Below are positions 21,698 through 28,676 of a DNA stretch of 43,393 bases, piece after piece. Both the position numbers and the translations under genes were made by a program. Source of the stretch: a virus; the IMG/VR virus record IMGVR_UViG_3300045988_070547, positions 1 through 43,393 of that record; one strand, given 5' to 3'. Under the pieces are notes generated by a model. The model saw only the letters and a program-made list of their open reading frames with translations, was not told where the DNA came from and ran no database searches. Within the stretch, counting starts at the first letter, position 1; every line of letters starts with the position of its first letter.

Positions 21698-21965
21698 AGT
21701 TCCTTCCGAAAACCTCCACAAAATTTGTGTTCGGGTACGCTTCCTCAAAGCGTATCTGCGCCCATGATTTCAATCTATCGTTTAATTCTCTGTTATGGTG
21801 TACTCCGTGCGGCGGCTCATTGTGGTGAGCGTGGCACAAGTAAACCATCATTCCGTAGGCGGTACTGTTCTTTCGATTAGCACCGCCGTAAACGTGATGT
21901 TCTTCCGTATTCGGATTCCCACAGAATAGGCATCCGGATTCGCGATCCTGTAATATCGACTTCAT
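21639..21965 (-). CDS. His/Cys-rich HNH-like zinc-binding protein (108 aa)
   Basis: CLFCGN...EEHHVYGGANRKNS...YLCHAHHNEPPHGVHHN. TGATG coupling to the SSAP stop. Confidence 0.4.
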   Translation of the reverse strand: MKSILQDRESGCLFCGNPNTEEHHVYGGANRKNSTAYGMMVYLCHAHHNEPPHGVHHNRELNDRLKSWAQIRFEEAYPNTNFVEVFGRNYADKESESSDDTVERTTND

Positions 21966-22540
21966 CAAGCGTTCGCCTTGTCGATTTTGCTGTTCAGAAC
22001 CTTGCTTGCGTGAACATAATCCGCTTTGGTCATGTCTGAAATCTTCTCGACCTTGTAATATTTCAGGAACTTCTCAGTGTCCGTTCCCAGCTCTTCCATC
22101 ATCTGTTCAAGCACTCTGCACTCAGACTTTGAAATCGGTTGCATGGCCTTCTGATTTTCCTTTGCGTTCAGCACCTCTTCTGCACTGGCGATGGAAGTGT
22201 CGATTCCGATACCGCAGAATCCAAGCGCTCTTCCAACCGCCGATGTTTCACAGTTCTCAATGTACGATGTTTTGTTGATGAAGGAAGAACCTTCCTTCTC
22301 GTAGGCAAGACCCGTTCCGAGAAGAACGTCATTCCCTTCATCGTCTTTAGTCCATGCCTCCGCTCTGATAACGCACACACCATCTTCGAGGGAAACAATG
22401 TCCGTTCTGATGCTTCCCATCGGATGAAGCTTTCGGAATGCGGTCACACGCTGTGGAACCTCCGCATAGTCCTTGCCTTTAACATCAGTCGTCTTAAGCT
22501 CTGCATTAACCGCCTTAATCTGTTCATAATTGATAGACAT
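21965..22540 (-). CDS. Rad52/Sak-like single-strand annealing protein (tentative)
   Basis: ATG 22540 with AAGGAGGT SD (191 aa). ...YIENCETSAVGRALGFCGIG... resembles the conserved Rad52-type helix-hairpin. Neighbours are NinB-like and SSB genes. Confidence 0.5.
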   Translation of the reverse strand: MSINYEQIKAVNAELKTTDVKGKDYAEVPQRVTAFRKLHPMGSIRTDIVSLEDGVCVIRAEAWTKDDEGNDVLLGTGLAYEKEGSSFINKTSYIENCETSAVGRALGFCGIGIDTSIASAEEVLNAKENQKAMQPISKSECRVLEQMMEELGTDTEKFLKYYKVEKISDMTKADYVHASKVLNSKIDKANA

Positions 22541-22551
22541 CTTGTACCTCC

Positions 22552-22806
22552 TTACCAAGCCATTCTCATATAATCGCTGTTCCATTCCTTCTCAATGTCG
22601 CTTCTTGAGAGTTCGTCTTCGTCGAAGTAGTAATCCTCCGTCACGATTCTCTCTCCACAGCACGGGCAGTAATGGAAAGTCTGCTCATGCTCTCCACAGT
22701 CGAACATTACCTCAGTGTCCTCTGTAATGTCGTCCTCCGTATATACCGCTCCACACTCTTCACAGCGGTACTTCTTCGTCAAGTCGATGTATTCCTGATT
22801 TTCCAT
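22552..22806 (-). CDS. Zinc-ribbon small protein (84 aa)
   Basis: CEEC...CPCC pairs with an acidic C-terminus. Early operon. Confidence 0.55.
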   Translation of the reverse strand: MENQEYIDLTKKYRCEECGAVYTEDDITEDTEVMFDCGEHEQTFHYCPCCGERIVTEDYYFDEDELSRSDIEKEWNSDYMRMAW

Positions 22807-22821
22807 AACCTTTTTACCTCC

Positions 22822-23040
22822 TTAGAACGGAAACTCCGCCCATGCTCTCATACCTTCGGGGTGTTGACCCTTTATTTCCATATCGTAGAACGGGCATGTC
22901 CCCCACCCGTATTCCACCGTGTAATCATCTGTAGTGATGTAGTGGATTCCCGAGCCGGGAGTCGCATAAGCGACAAGGTATTTCCCGTCTCGTTTTGGGT
23001 TCTCTTCGAACGTCCATGTACACTGCTTATGAACCTGCAT
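22822..23040 (-). CDS. Hypothetical early protein (72 aa)
   Basis: ORF with GGAGGTA SD. No motif recognised. Confidence 0.5.
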   Translation of the reverse strand: MQVHKQCTWTFEENPKRDGKYLVAYATPGSGIHYITTDDYTVEYGWGTCPFYDMEIKGQHPEGMRAWAEFPF

Positions 23041-23050
23041 TGCGTACCTC

Positions 23051-23293
23051 CTACCTCATTGTTCCCTTCTCGATAAAGTCCATTCTGTCGTTGTCTGCAT
23101 ACAGACCGAAGACCACCCAGGAAACAATCTTCTCGAACACCTTGTAAGCGTCCATCAAGTCGTCAAACGTTCTGCTAACGCTTCTTCCGTTCTTGTCGTT
23201 ATGCGCTCTCACCGCATACTTGTTACTGGCCTTGTTAATGCTGTAATGCACCTGTCTGCTAACATCATCAACGCTTGTAATCATGAAATCCAT
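23051..23293 (-). CDS. Hypothetical early protein (80 aa)
   Basis: ORF in the operon. No motif recognised. Confidence 0.5.
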   Translation of the reverse strand: MDFMITSVDDVSRQVHYSINKASNKYAVRAHNDKNGRSVSRTFDDLMDAYKVFEKIVSWVVFGLYADNDRMDFIEKGTMR

Positions 23294-23294
23294 C

Positions 23295-23438
23295 TTACAT
23301 ACCTCCTAACAAAATTACTGCCACCATCAGCAGCGTTCCGATTGTGCCTCCGATGTACATTCCCAGCGTGTCGCCGTTGTACTCTTCCGCCGCTTCATCT
23401 TCGAGGAACTTCTTAATCTTCAATCTGAAATTCTTCAT
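23295..23438 (-). CDS. Small C-terminally membrane-anchored protein (47 aa)
   Basis: ATG 23438 with AAGGAAAGGAAAAAGG upstream. ...GMYIGGTIGTLLMVAVILLGGM is a TM helix. The longer track ORF overlaps the upstream gene by 113 nt. Confidence 0.45.
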   Translation of the reverse strand: MKNFRLKIKKFLEDEAAEEYNGDTLGMYIGGTIGTLLMVAVILLGGM

Positions 23439-23592
23439 AACCTTTTTCCTTTCCTTTGCGAAAATCATCAATATTGAGTCGAATACTTTTCCCGATTCTG
23501 TAATACGGGATTGAATCGCTCTCAATAAGTCGGTATACAGACACCGTGCTAATCCCCATGATTTCCGCGAACTCTGATACCTTCACAAACAT
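23413..23592 (-). CDS. Excisionase/MerR-type HTH DNA-binding protein
   Basis: MFVKVSEFAEIMGISTVSVYRLIESDSIPYYRIGKSIRL matches the helix-turn-helix_17/Xis pattern. GGAGG lies 5 nt upstream of ATG 23592 (alternative ATG at 23604). Confidence 0.55.
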   Translation of the reverse strand: MFVKVSEFAEIMGISTVSVYRLIESDSIPYYRIGKSIRLNIDDFRKGKEKGYEEFQIED

Positions 23593-23637
23593 CACAGCCT
23601 CCATTCGTTTACTTTTCAGCTGATTTGGCTAAGAAAA

Positions 23638-23853
23638 TTAGCCGTTTTGGCTAAAAAAAATTTTCTTCATTTCTGCCATTGTTCTAATGTTAAGCAATTC
23701 GCACAGCGTGTTTACTTCTTGTGACGTGAAAGCGGATGCATTGATTCTCTTACGGCGAAACGCCTGATAAGTAATACCCATCGCTTTGCACAACTGGCTT
23801 TTCTTAAGTCCTGATTCTTTAATTTTCAAATTTAGAAGCTCAGTATTTACCAT
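23638..23853 (-). CDS. Cro-like HTH regulator (first gene of the early leftward operon)
   Basis: ATG 23853 with AAAGGAGGTG SD. ...LKKSQLCKAMGITYQAFRRK.... Divergent from the CI-like gene. Confidence 0.6.
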   Translation of the reverse strand: MVNTELLNLKIKESGLKKSQLCKAMGITYQAFRRKRINASAFTSQEVNTLCELLNIRTMAEMKKIFFSQNG

Positions 23854-23891
23854 CAAGCACCTCCTTTCCGTTGACTACTTTTGACAGTCAT

Positions 23892-23920
23892 ATAATATCA
23901 TTTTGGCTAACAGAAGTCAA
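23892..23920 (-). promoter_or_regulatory. Early (cro-side) promoter TTGACT-17-TATTAT
   Basis: Minus strand reads TTGACTtctgttagccaaaatgaTATTAT. The TGACAGTCA palindrome lies at the predicted start site. Confidence 0.6.
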
Positions 23921-23947
23921 CGTATTTTTTCAATTTTTTGAAAATTA

Positions 23948-23976
23948 TTGTTCACTTTTTTGCTATATGCTATTAT
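23948..23976 (+). promoter_or_regulatory. Repressor-side promoter TTGTTC-17-TATTAT
   Basis: Plus strand reads TTGTTCacttttttgctatatgcTATTAT, 20 nt upstream of the CI-like ATG. Confidence 0.5.
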
Positions 23977-23995
23977 TGCCACAGGAGGTGGCATT

Positions 23996-24340
23996 ATGAG
24001 TATTGAAACTATAGGGGACAGAGTAAAAAGTAGAAGATTGGCAATGGATATGTCGCAAGAGGACTTAGCAAGGGCGTTGGGTTATAAATCAAAAGCCTCA
24101 ATATTCAAAATTGAGAACGGCACTGGCGACATACCGAGAAGTAAGCTCCCAAAGTTTGCTTCCATTCTCAACTGTTCTATTTCTTATTTAACAGGTTGGA
24201 ACGAGCTTAAAACATTTGATGATGAACATAGAGAAAAAACACCTTATGACATTCTATGCGATAAAATAAGTCGTTTATCTCCGTCCGATATGGAAAACGT
24301 ATCTGATTATATTGATTTTGTTATTAACAAAAGGAAGTAG
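23996..24340 (+). CDS. CI-like XRE-family repressor
   Basis: ATG 23996 with AGGAGGTG SD (114 aa). ...RLAMDMSQEDLARALGYKSKASIFKIENG... Upstream of int and divergent from cro. Confidence 0.75.
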   Translation: MSIETIGDRVKSRRLAMDMSQEDLARALGYKSKASIFKIENGTGDIPRSKLPKFASILNCSISYLTGWNELKTFDDEHREKTPYDILCDKISRLSPSDMENVSDYIDFVINKRK

Positions 24341-24342
24341 TC

Positions 24343-25470
24343 ATGCATATAAAACAGCTTGAAAAGAATAAGTACAGAGTGTGGATTGATATTAACACCG
24401 ACTATGTAGGAAAAAGGAAGCAGAAATCAAAAGTGTTTCACGCTTCCACAAAACGAGATTTAAACAATCAAATAAATGAATGGGTTGAGTCAATATCGGG
24501 AATATCCGCCCAATGCAGAACTGTTTCCGACATGTGTAATGCTGTATGGAGTCAGGTTATCAATAATAAATCCCCAAATACGATTCACACCTACAACGAT
24601 CAGCGCAACCGCATAGACAACACCATCGGTTTGTTGCGCCTTGAAAAGCTTTCCCCTCGCACCCTTCAAATGTGGGTTGATGATTTATCTTCCGAGCTTT
24701 CACCGAGAACAATCCGCTTCACATACTCCCTTCTTCGTAACTGTTGCTCTATTGCTGTAACGTGGAACCTAATTAAGACGAATCCATGTCACGACGTGAG
24801 CCTTCCTTCCGTAAGAAAAAAGGAAGTACAGATATTGTCACCCGAAGATTTCACTGTTTTCTGCTCACACCTAGACGAACTGCCGCTAGATTATAAAGTC
24901 TGTTTCGAACTTGCGTTGTTCGGATCGCTTCGAAAAGGGGAAGTGTTAGGAATAATGGAAGATGAAATTCCTGATGATGGAAGATTCTATATTAAGCGTG
25001 CAAGATATTCACCCAATTTAAGAGAAGTGTTTGTCAAGGAAACGAAAACATCTTCCGGTGAGCGTCTATGCATACTTCCACAATTGGTAGTTGATGATGT
25101 TATAGCCCTTCGGAAACAGCACATACAGAGCAAACTAAGGTATGGGAAAGCGTGGGTCGATTCACCTTATTTGCTGAAAGAAGGAAACGGAGAAGCTTTC
25201 CATGCTTCTCTATGCATAACACGGCTACAATCCTATATGAAGAAAATAGGGCTTGAACCAATCTCTTTCCACGCACTGCGCCACACATACGCTTCGATAT
25301 GCATTTCTTTAGGCGTGAATCCCGAGATAGTATCTAAGCGCATGGGGCATTCAAACATATCAACAACGCTAGGTATATATACGCACTTATTCGAGCAAAA
25401 AAATAATGATGACGAAATAGCGTCAGCATTAGGAACGATGTTGTCTCAATCTGTGGAAAAGTGCGACTAA
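24343..25470 (+). CDS. int: Tyrosine recombinase / phage integrase
   Basis: 375 aa. R...HALRHTYAS...GHSNISTTLGIYTH catalytic-domain motifs. SAM-like N-domain. Confidence 0.9.
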   Translation: MHIKQLEKNKYRVWIDINTDYVGKRKQKSKVFHASTKRDLNNQINEWVESISGISAQCRTVSDMCNAVWSQVINNKSPNTIHTYNDQRNRIDNTIGLLRLEKLSPRTLQMWVDDLSSELSPRTIRFTYSLLRNCCSIAVTWNLIKTNPCHDVSLPSVRKKEVQILSPEDFTVFCSHLDELPLDYKVCFELALFGSLRKGEVLGIMEDEIPDDGRFYIKRARYSPNLREVFVKETKTSSGERLCILPQLVVDDVIALRKQHIQSKLRYGKAWVDSPYLLKEGNGEAFHASLCITRLQSYMKKIGLEPISFHALRHTYASICISLGVNPEIVSKRMGHSNISTTLGIYTHLFEQKNNDDEIASALGTMLSQSVEKCD

Positions 25471-25677
25471 TCTTATCAAATGTTACATTCTCGTTACACT
25501 TTTTACAGTAATCACTCTCAAACCTTTTAATATCAACGATTACAAACAACTTCTCATAGATTATTATTATTTATGAAGCCGATAACACTTGTTAACATCT
25601 CTATCAAAACTGTTGAAAACTAAGCGTTTTATGATGGGGATGTTATTCATTGTTATCCAAAGTTATAAATTTTTCTG
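25471..25677. other. Candidate attP region
   Basis: AT-rich 207-bp non-coding gap right after int. TGTTACA/GTTACA direct repeats on both sides (25481, 25493, 25686, 25697). The core is not identifiable without the host sequence. Confidence 0.4.
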
Positions 25678-26259
25678 TTACACATTTGTTACATCTTCAT
25701 GAGACGGACTGCTATAGCCTTTTTTCCCATCTATGTATGATTCTTTCGCCGCCTCTACGGCTCTTTCCAGCATTGACACGTTTGGGCGAAACTCTTCAGG
25801 TGCTTCTATTTCACCATTCATTAGTTTTAATTTGTAGTCTTCCAAAATGTGTTCAGCTACAAGAATGCGTGCGCCTAATGGGTTGCACAAATGAGCTAAA
25901 GTAAGCTGTATTACTGAGGCTGGACTTGAGCCGTGACTCCCCGAATAGATGTACACCAGTGCAAGTTTATCTTCTGGAGTTAGGTTTTCGGACATTAATT
26001 CATACAGGCGTTCTATATTGTCTGCGTTCTCACTTTCTTCTAAAGCGAACTCGTCGGGATATGACAATATAAACATATACGGGATAGGATTTTCTCCAAC
26101 CGCGCGAAACCACTCTATCATTTCGCTTACAGTCGGCTCACTCTTTCCATTTTCCCACCTACCGATAGTCCGAACTTCCACGTTAAGTGCTTCTGCCATA
26201 AATGATTGTGACTTCCCAACCCTCTTTCTTGTGTACTTCATAATTTCTCCTACCGTCAT
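25678..26259 (-). CDS. XRE-family HTH protein with ~120-aa helical C-terminal domain
   Basis: ATG 26259 with GGGAGGTG SD (193 aa). ...KSQSFMAEALNVEVRTIGRWENGKSEP.... Confidence 0.6.
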   Translation of the reverse strand: MTVGEIMKYTRKRVGKSQSFMAEALNVEVRTIGRWENGKSEPTVSEMIEWFRAVGENPIPYMFILSYPDEFALEESENADNIERLYELMSENLTPEDKLALVYIYSGSHGSSPASVIQLTLAHLCNPLGARILVAEHILEDYKLKLMNGEIEAPEEFRPNVSMLERAVEAAKESYIDGKKGYSSPSHEDVTNV

Positions 26260-26402
26260 TATTCTCACCTCCCAGCCTATTTTATATCAACTAGACAAAA
26301 ATGTAACCATTTTCATTTAAAAACAGTGCATTTTTAGAATTGTGCTACCCGTTTAATTTGGATAAAATCCAACTTATCAAACGTAAAGAAAGGAGCGAAT
26401 CA

Positions 26403-26621
26403 ATGGATAATTTTGTTCGATTAAGTGGGATGCTTGCTAGAAGGTATGATGATTATTTTGTTCTTGATTGCAACGGTGTATTTGTTCGGTGTATTGATTA
26501 TGATACGGCAAAGTTTAAGATAACAGACTGTTTTGTTATCACAGGACATCTTCTCAATCAGTACAGAAGAAATGTGAACACGCTCATAGTTAGCGTTGAT
26601 TCGCTAAAACTTGTCACATGA
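26403..26621 (+). CDS. Hypothetical protein (72 aa), beta-rich
   Basis: ATG 26403 with AAAGGAG SD. Divergent from the 193-aa HTH gene. Confidence 0.5.
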   Translation: MDNFVRLSGMLARRYDDYFVLDCNGVFVRCIDYDTAKFKITDCFVITGHLLNQYRRNVNTLIVSVDSLKLVT

Positions 26622-26644
26622 AAAAAGAGTCGGATAACTCCGAC
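26621..26644 (-). terminator. Hairpin plus T-run closing the 4-gene moron-like unit
   Basis: Minus strand GTCGGA-gtta-TCCGAC followed by TCTTTTTT. Short 6-bp stem. Also lies 8 nt after the plus-strand 72-aa gene. Confidence 0.45.
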
Positions 26645-26771
26645 CCGTTTCCCTGCAAACCGCACATTTGATTTTATCTGAACAGGAGGCGCTCAATGAG
26701 AGAGAACGCTGATTATATGTACAAGTGTATTGTACACCTTTCATCATCGCTTTTCAAGAACATTTGTTCTC

Positions 26772-27176
26772 TTACTGCTTTGTAATATCAACAGCAAGAT
26801 TGCTTCCTGTTACGGCTTGACCGCCCATTACAACAGTCAATGTCGAGCTGTTCCTACCGCAGTACACCCGAACGATTCCGCTTGTTCCCAGTGTGACGGT
26901 ATCTCCCTCCGCCTTGATGGTCTGTGTAGCATTCATTCCCGGAACGGCTGTTCCGTCCTGATACACCGTCATTGTAACATTGCCCGCTACCGTTCCGACT
27001 ACCGTAGCTGTGACGGCAACATCATAATAGCCTTGACCATTAATCTGCATGGCGTTGTTTGTCATTTGGCAACACTGCCCAAAACGTCTAATGATGGTAT
27101 CCGGTTGATAATTACCACCATCCGGAATTGTCGCTGTGCTTGTGTTAACCGCATAAATCGCACTTTTACAACTCAT
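26772..27176 (-). CDS. BclA-C/C1q/TNF-like jelly-roll candidate protein (134 aa)
   Basis: ATG 27176 (MSCKSAIYAVNT...) with AAGGAGGT SD. All-beta pattern ...INGQGYYDVAVTATVVGTVAGNVTMTVYQDGTAVPG...GDTVTLGTSGIVRVYCG...LTVVMGGQAV... No collagen repeats. Confidence 0.4.
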   Translation of the reverse strand: MSCKSAIYAVNTSTATIPDGGNYQPDTIIRRFGQCCQMTNNAMQINGQGYYDVAVTATVVGTVAGNVTMTVYQDGTAVPGMNATQTIKAEGDTVTLGTSGIVRVYCGRNSSTLTVVMGGQAVTGSNLAVDITKQ

Positions 27177-27210
27177 AATTACCTCCTTGGCTTTCATGCC
27201 CTACGACTAG

Positions 27211-27792
27211 TTAGATAGCATTCCCGCAACCGCAGTTTCCGAATGGATTAGCGCCACTGCAATAAGTTGTGGCATTAGGGTATCTCACGACACCGCACAT
27301 TGCGTTCTGCATCTGAAGCTGTGTAACCTGTGCCTGCAACGACTCGATTTTGTTCTGAGACAATGCGTCCAGAATCTTCTGAGTCTGTGCTGTAGTGTTT
27401 GCGTTGATATTTGCGGTATTGATTGCTCCGTTGTAATTCACGCCATCGATACCACGCTGAGTAGTGCAACAACAATCAGAAATCCGATTCTGAGTCTCGT
27501 TGAAGTTTCTCAAAGTCTCATAACCGAGATTTGAGATACCGTTCTGCAAGCCCATGTAATCGCTCTGAAGGCTATCGTTCAGTCTACCTACTGCATTCTC
27601 AAGACCGTTAAAGTTCATTGCGTTGCATAATCCTGCTTCGGTTACTGGTTCGCTCTGATTTCCTCTGTTCCAATATCCGCCGCCCATCATCATCAGAATC
27701 AGAAGGGCGAAAATCCACATTCCACCGTTGCCAAAATATTCATCATTATCCTTTGTGACAGCGGCAATATCAGACAAGCTCATGTTTTCCAT
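27211..27792 (-). CDS. Membrane-anchored Cys-rich, N/Q-rich protein (193 aa)
   Basis: GGAAGGAG SD. TM helix GGMWIFALLILMMMGGGYW near the N-terminus. DCCCTTQRG, coiled-coil QAQVTQLQMQ, C-terminus CGVVRYPNATTYCSGANPFGNCGCGNAI. Confidence 0.55.
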   Translation of the reverse strand: MENMSLSDIAAVTKDNDEYFGNGGMWIFALLILMMMGGGYWNRGNQSEPVTEAGLCNAMNFNGLENAVGRLNDSLQSDYMGLQNGISNLGYETLRNFNETQNRISDCCCTTQRGIDGVNYNGAINTANINANTTAQTQKILDALSQNKIESLQAQVTQLQMQNAMCGVVRYPNATTYCSGANPFGNCGCGNAI

Positions 27793-27861
27793 ATTGTTCT
27801 CCTTCCTTCGGATGTTCCGAAAAATAAAAATAACTTCTCACTTGCAAGTGTTATAACGATT

Positions 27862-28068
27862 CTATTTGATGCTATGCATAAATTCGTTCACATCGATTCC
27901 CCGCTCTTTACAGATGGAACGAACCATCTGTTCTGCGGACATTCCTTTTCCAGAAAGCATACCCATAACATTCTGCATTTGCCGTGTGTCGTTCATCATG
28001 GCTTTTGCACGATCCACTAGGCTATCTATCTGTCTGCTGTTCTGATTCTTGAATATACTGCTTCCCAT
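27862..28068 (-). CDS. Hypothetical Met-rich small protein (68 aa)
   Basis: AAGGAGGA SD embedded in the upstream gene. 47-nt overlap. Confidence 0.5.
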   Translation of the reverse strand: MGSSIFKNQNSRQIDSLVDRAKAMMNDTRQMQNVMGMLSGKGMSAEQMVRSICKERGIDVNEFMHSIK

Positions 28069-28336
28069 TTAAAAGTTCCTCCTTGAACTGTTCGAATTCT
28101 GCTTTGGTGATATACTCTTGTGAAACATTTTGTGTAGCTGTGACTTCCTCGAATCGGAAGATTCGAATCGTTGGAAACCCTGCCCCATCGGTTGATTTGA
28201 GATAGAATACGTCTTCTGCTCCATCAAATAGAGCAACGGAACTATTCGGGCGCATTTGATAGGCTTTAGCACCATCAAGACCAGTTACCCTTACAAGCTG
28301 TTCATTGCCCCCGTATGGCTGATAAAATCCGTACAT
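28022..28336 (-). CDS. Hypothetical protein (104 aa), first gene of the moron-like unit
   Basis: ATG 28336 (MYGFYQPYGGNEQLVRVTGLDGAKAYQMRPNSSVALFDGAEDVFYLKSTDGAGFPTIRIFRFEEV...) with AAGGAGGA SD. The upstream part of the track ORF spans a terminator. Confidence 0.55.
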   Translation of the reverse strand: MYGFYQPYGGNEQLVRVTGLDGAKAYQMRPNSSVALFDGAEDVFYLKSTDGAGFPTIRIFRFEEVTATQNVSQEYITKAEFEQFKEELLNGKQYIQESEQQTDR

Positions 28337-28358
28337 GGTATTATTCCTCCTTGGAAAA

Positions 28359-28367
28359 ATTGTAACA
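28359..28367 (-). promoter_or_regulatory. Extended -10 element TGTTACAAT in front of the moron-like unit
   Basis: Minus strand reads tTGtTACAATttttccaaggagg. Lies immediately after the upstream terminator T-run. No good -35. Confidence 0.4.
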
Positions 28368-28406
28368 ATAAAAACGACGGCTAAACCTCTGCTTAACCGT
28401 CGTTTT
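28365..28406 (-). terminator. Rho-independent terminator after the giant-gene cassette
   Basis: Minus strand AAAACGACGG-16 nt-CCGTCGTTTT followed by TATTGTT. Confidence 0.65.
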
Positions 28407-28460
28407 CCTATCACATTGCTATCTGTAAATTCCCCGTTGCCGTGGAGGTAAGATGGGGTC

Positions 28461-28667
28461 TTATGCCTGCACTTCGTCATACTTCCGTTTAAGTCTGCTG
28501 ATAATCCTATCAATTGTTGAAACAGATAAGTTCAGTTCCATTGCTTGCTTTGTTCTGCTCCACCCTGCCGCACGTGTCCGCATTACAATCTCTTCATCAT
28601 CGGTTAAGTTCGCTTGCTCAATGAACCGCTCCAGCACTATTTTTGTCCATATTACTTCGTTGGTCAT
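28461..28667 (-). CDS. Sigma-70 region-4-like / LuxR-type HTH small protein
   Basis: ATG 28667 with AGGTGG SD (68 aa). ...LTDDEEIVMRTRAAGWSRTKQAMELNLSVSTIDRIISRLKRKY follows the region-4 pattern (LT..E..v...r..G.s...iA.eL..S..TV...i.R.kkK). Confidence 0.55.
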   Translation of the reverse strand: MTNEVIWTKIVLERFIEQANLTDDEEIVMRTRAAGWSRTKQAMELNLSVSTIDRIISRLKRKYDEVQA

Positions 28668-28676
28668 TTCAGCCAC

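Noticed and set aside
25334-25549. A 71-codon minus-strand ORF overlapping the 3' end of the integrase gene.
   Set aside because: It is antisense to a confidently called gene, has no SD, and has AT-rich codon content typical of chance ORFs.
26696-26785. A 29-codon plus-strand ORF with a perfect AGGAGG SD, convergent with the end of the 134-aa gene.
   Set aside because: It lies downstream of a hairpin that would stop plus-strand transcripts, and no promoter is seen. The product has no hydrophobic or other recognisable character. Kept only as a remote possibility.
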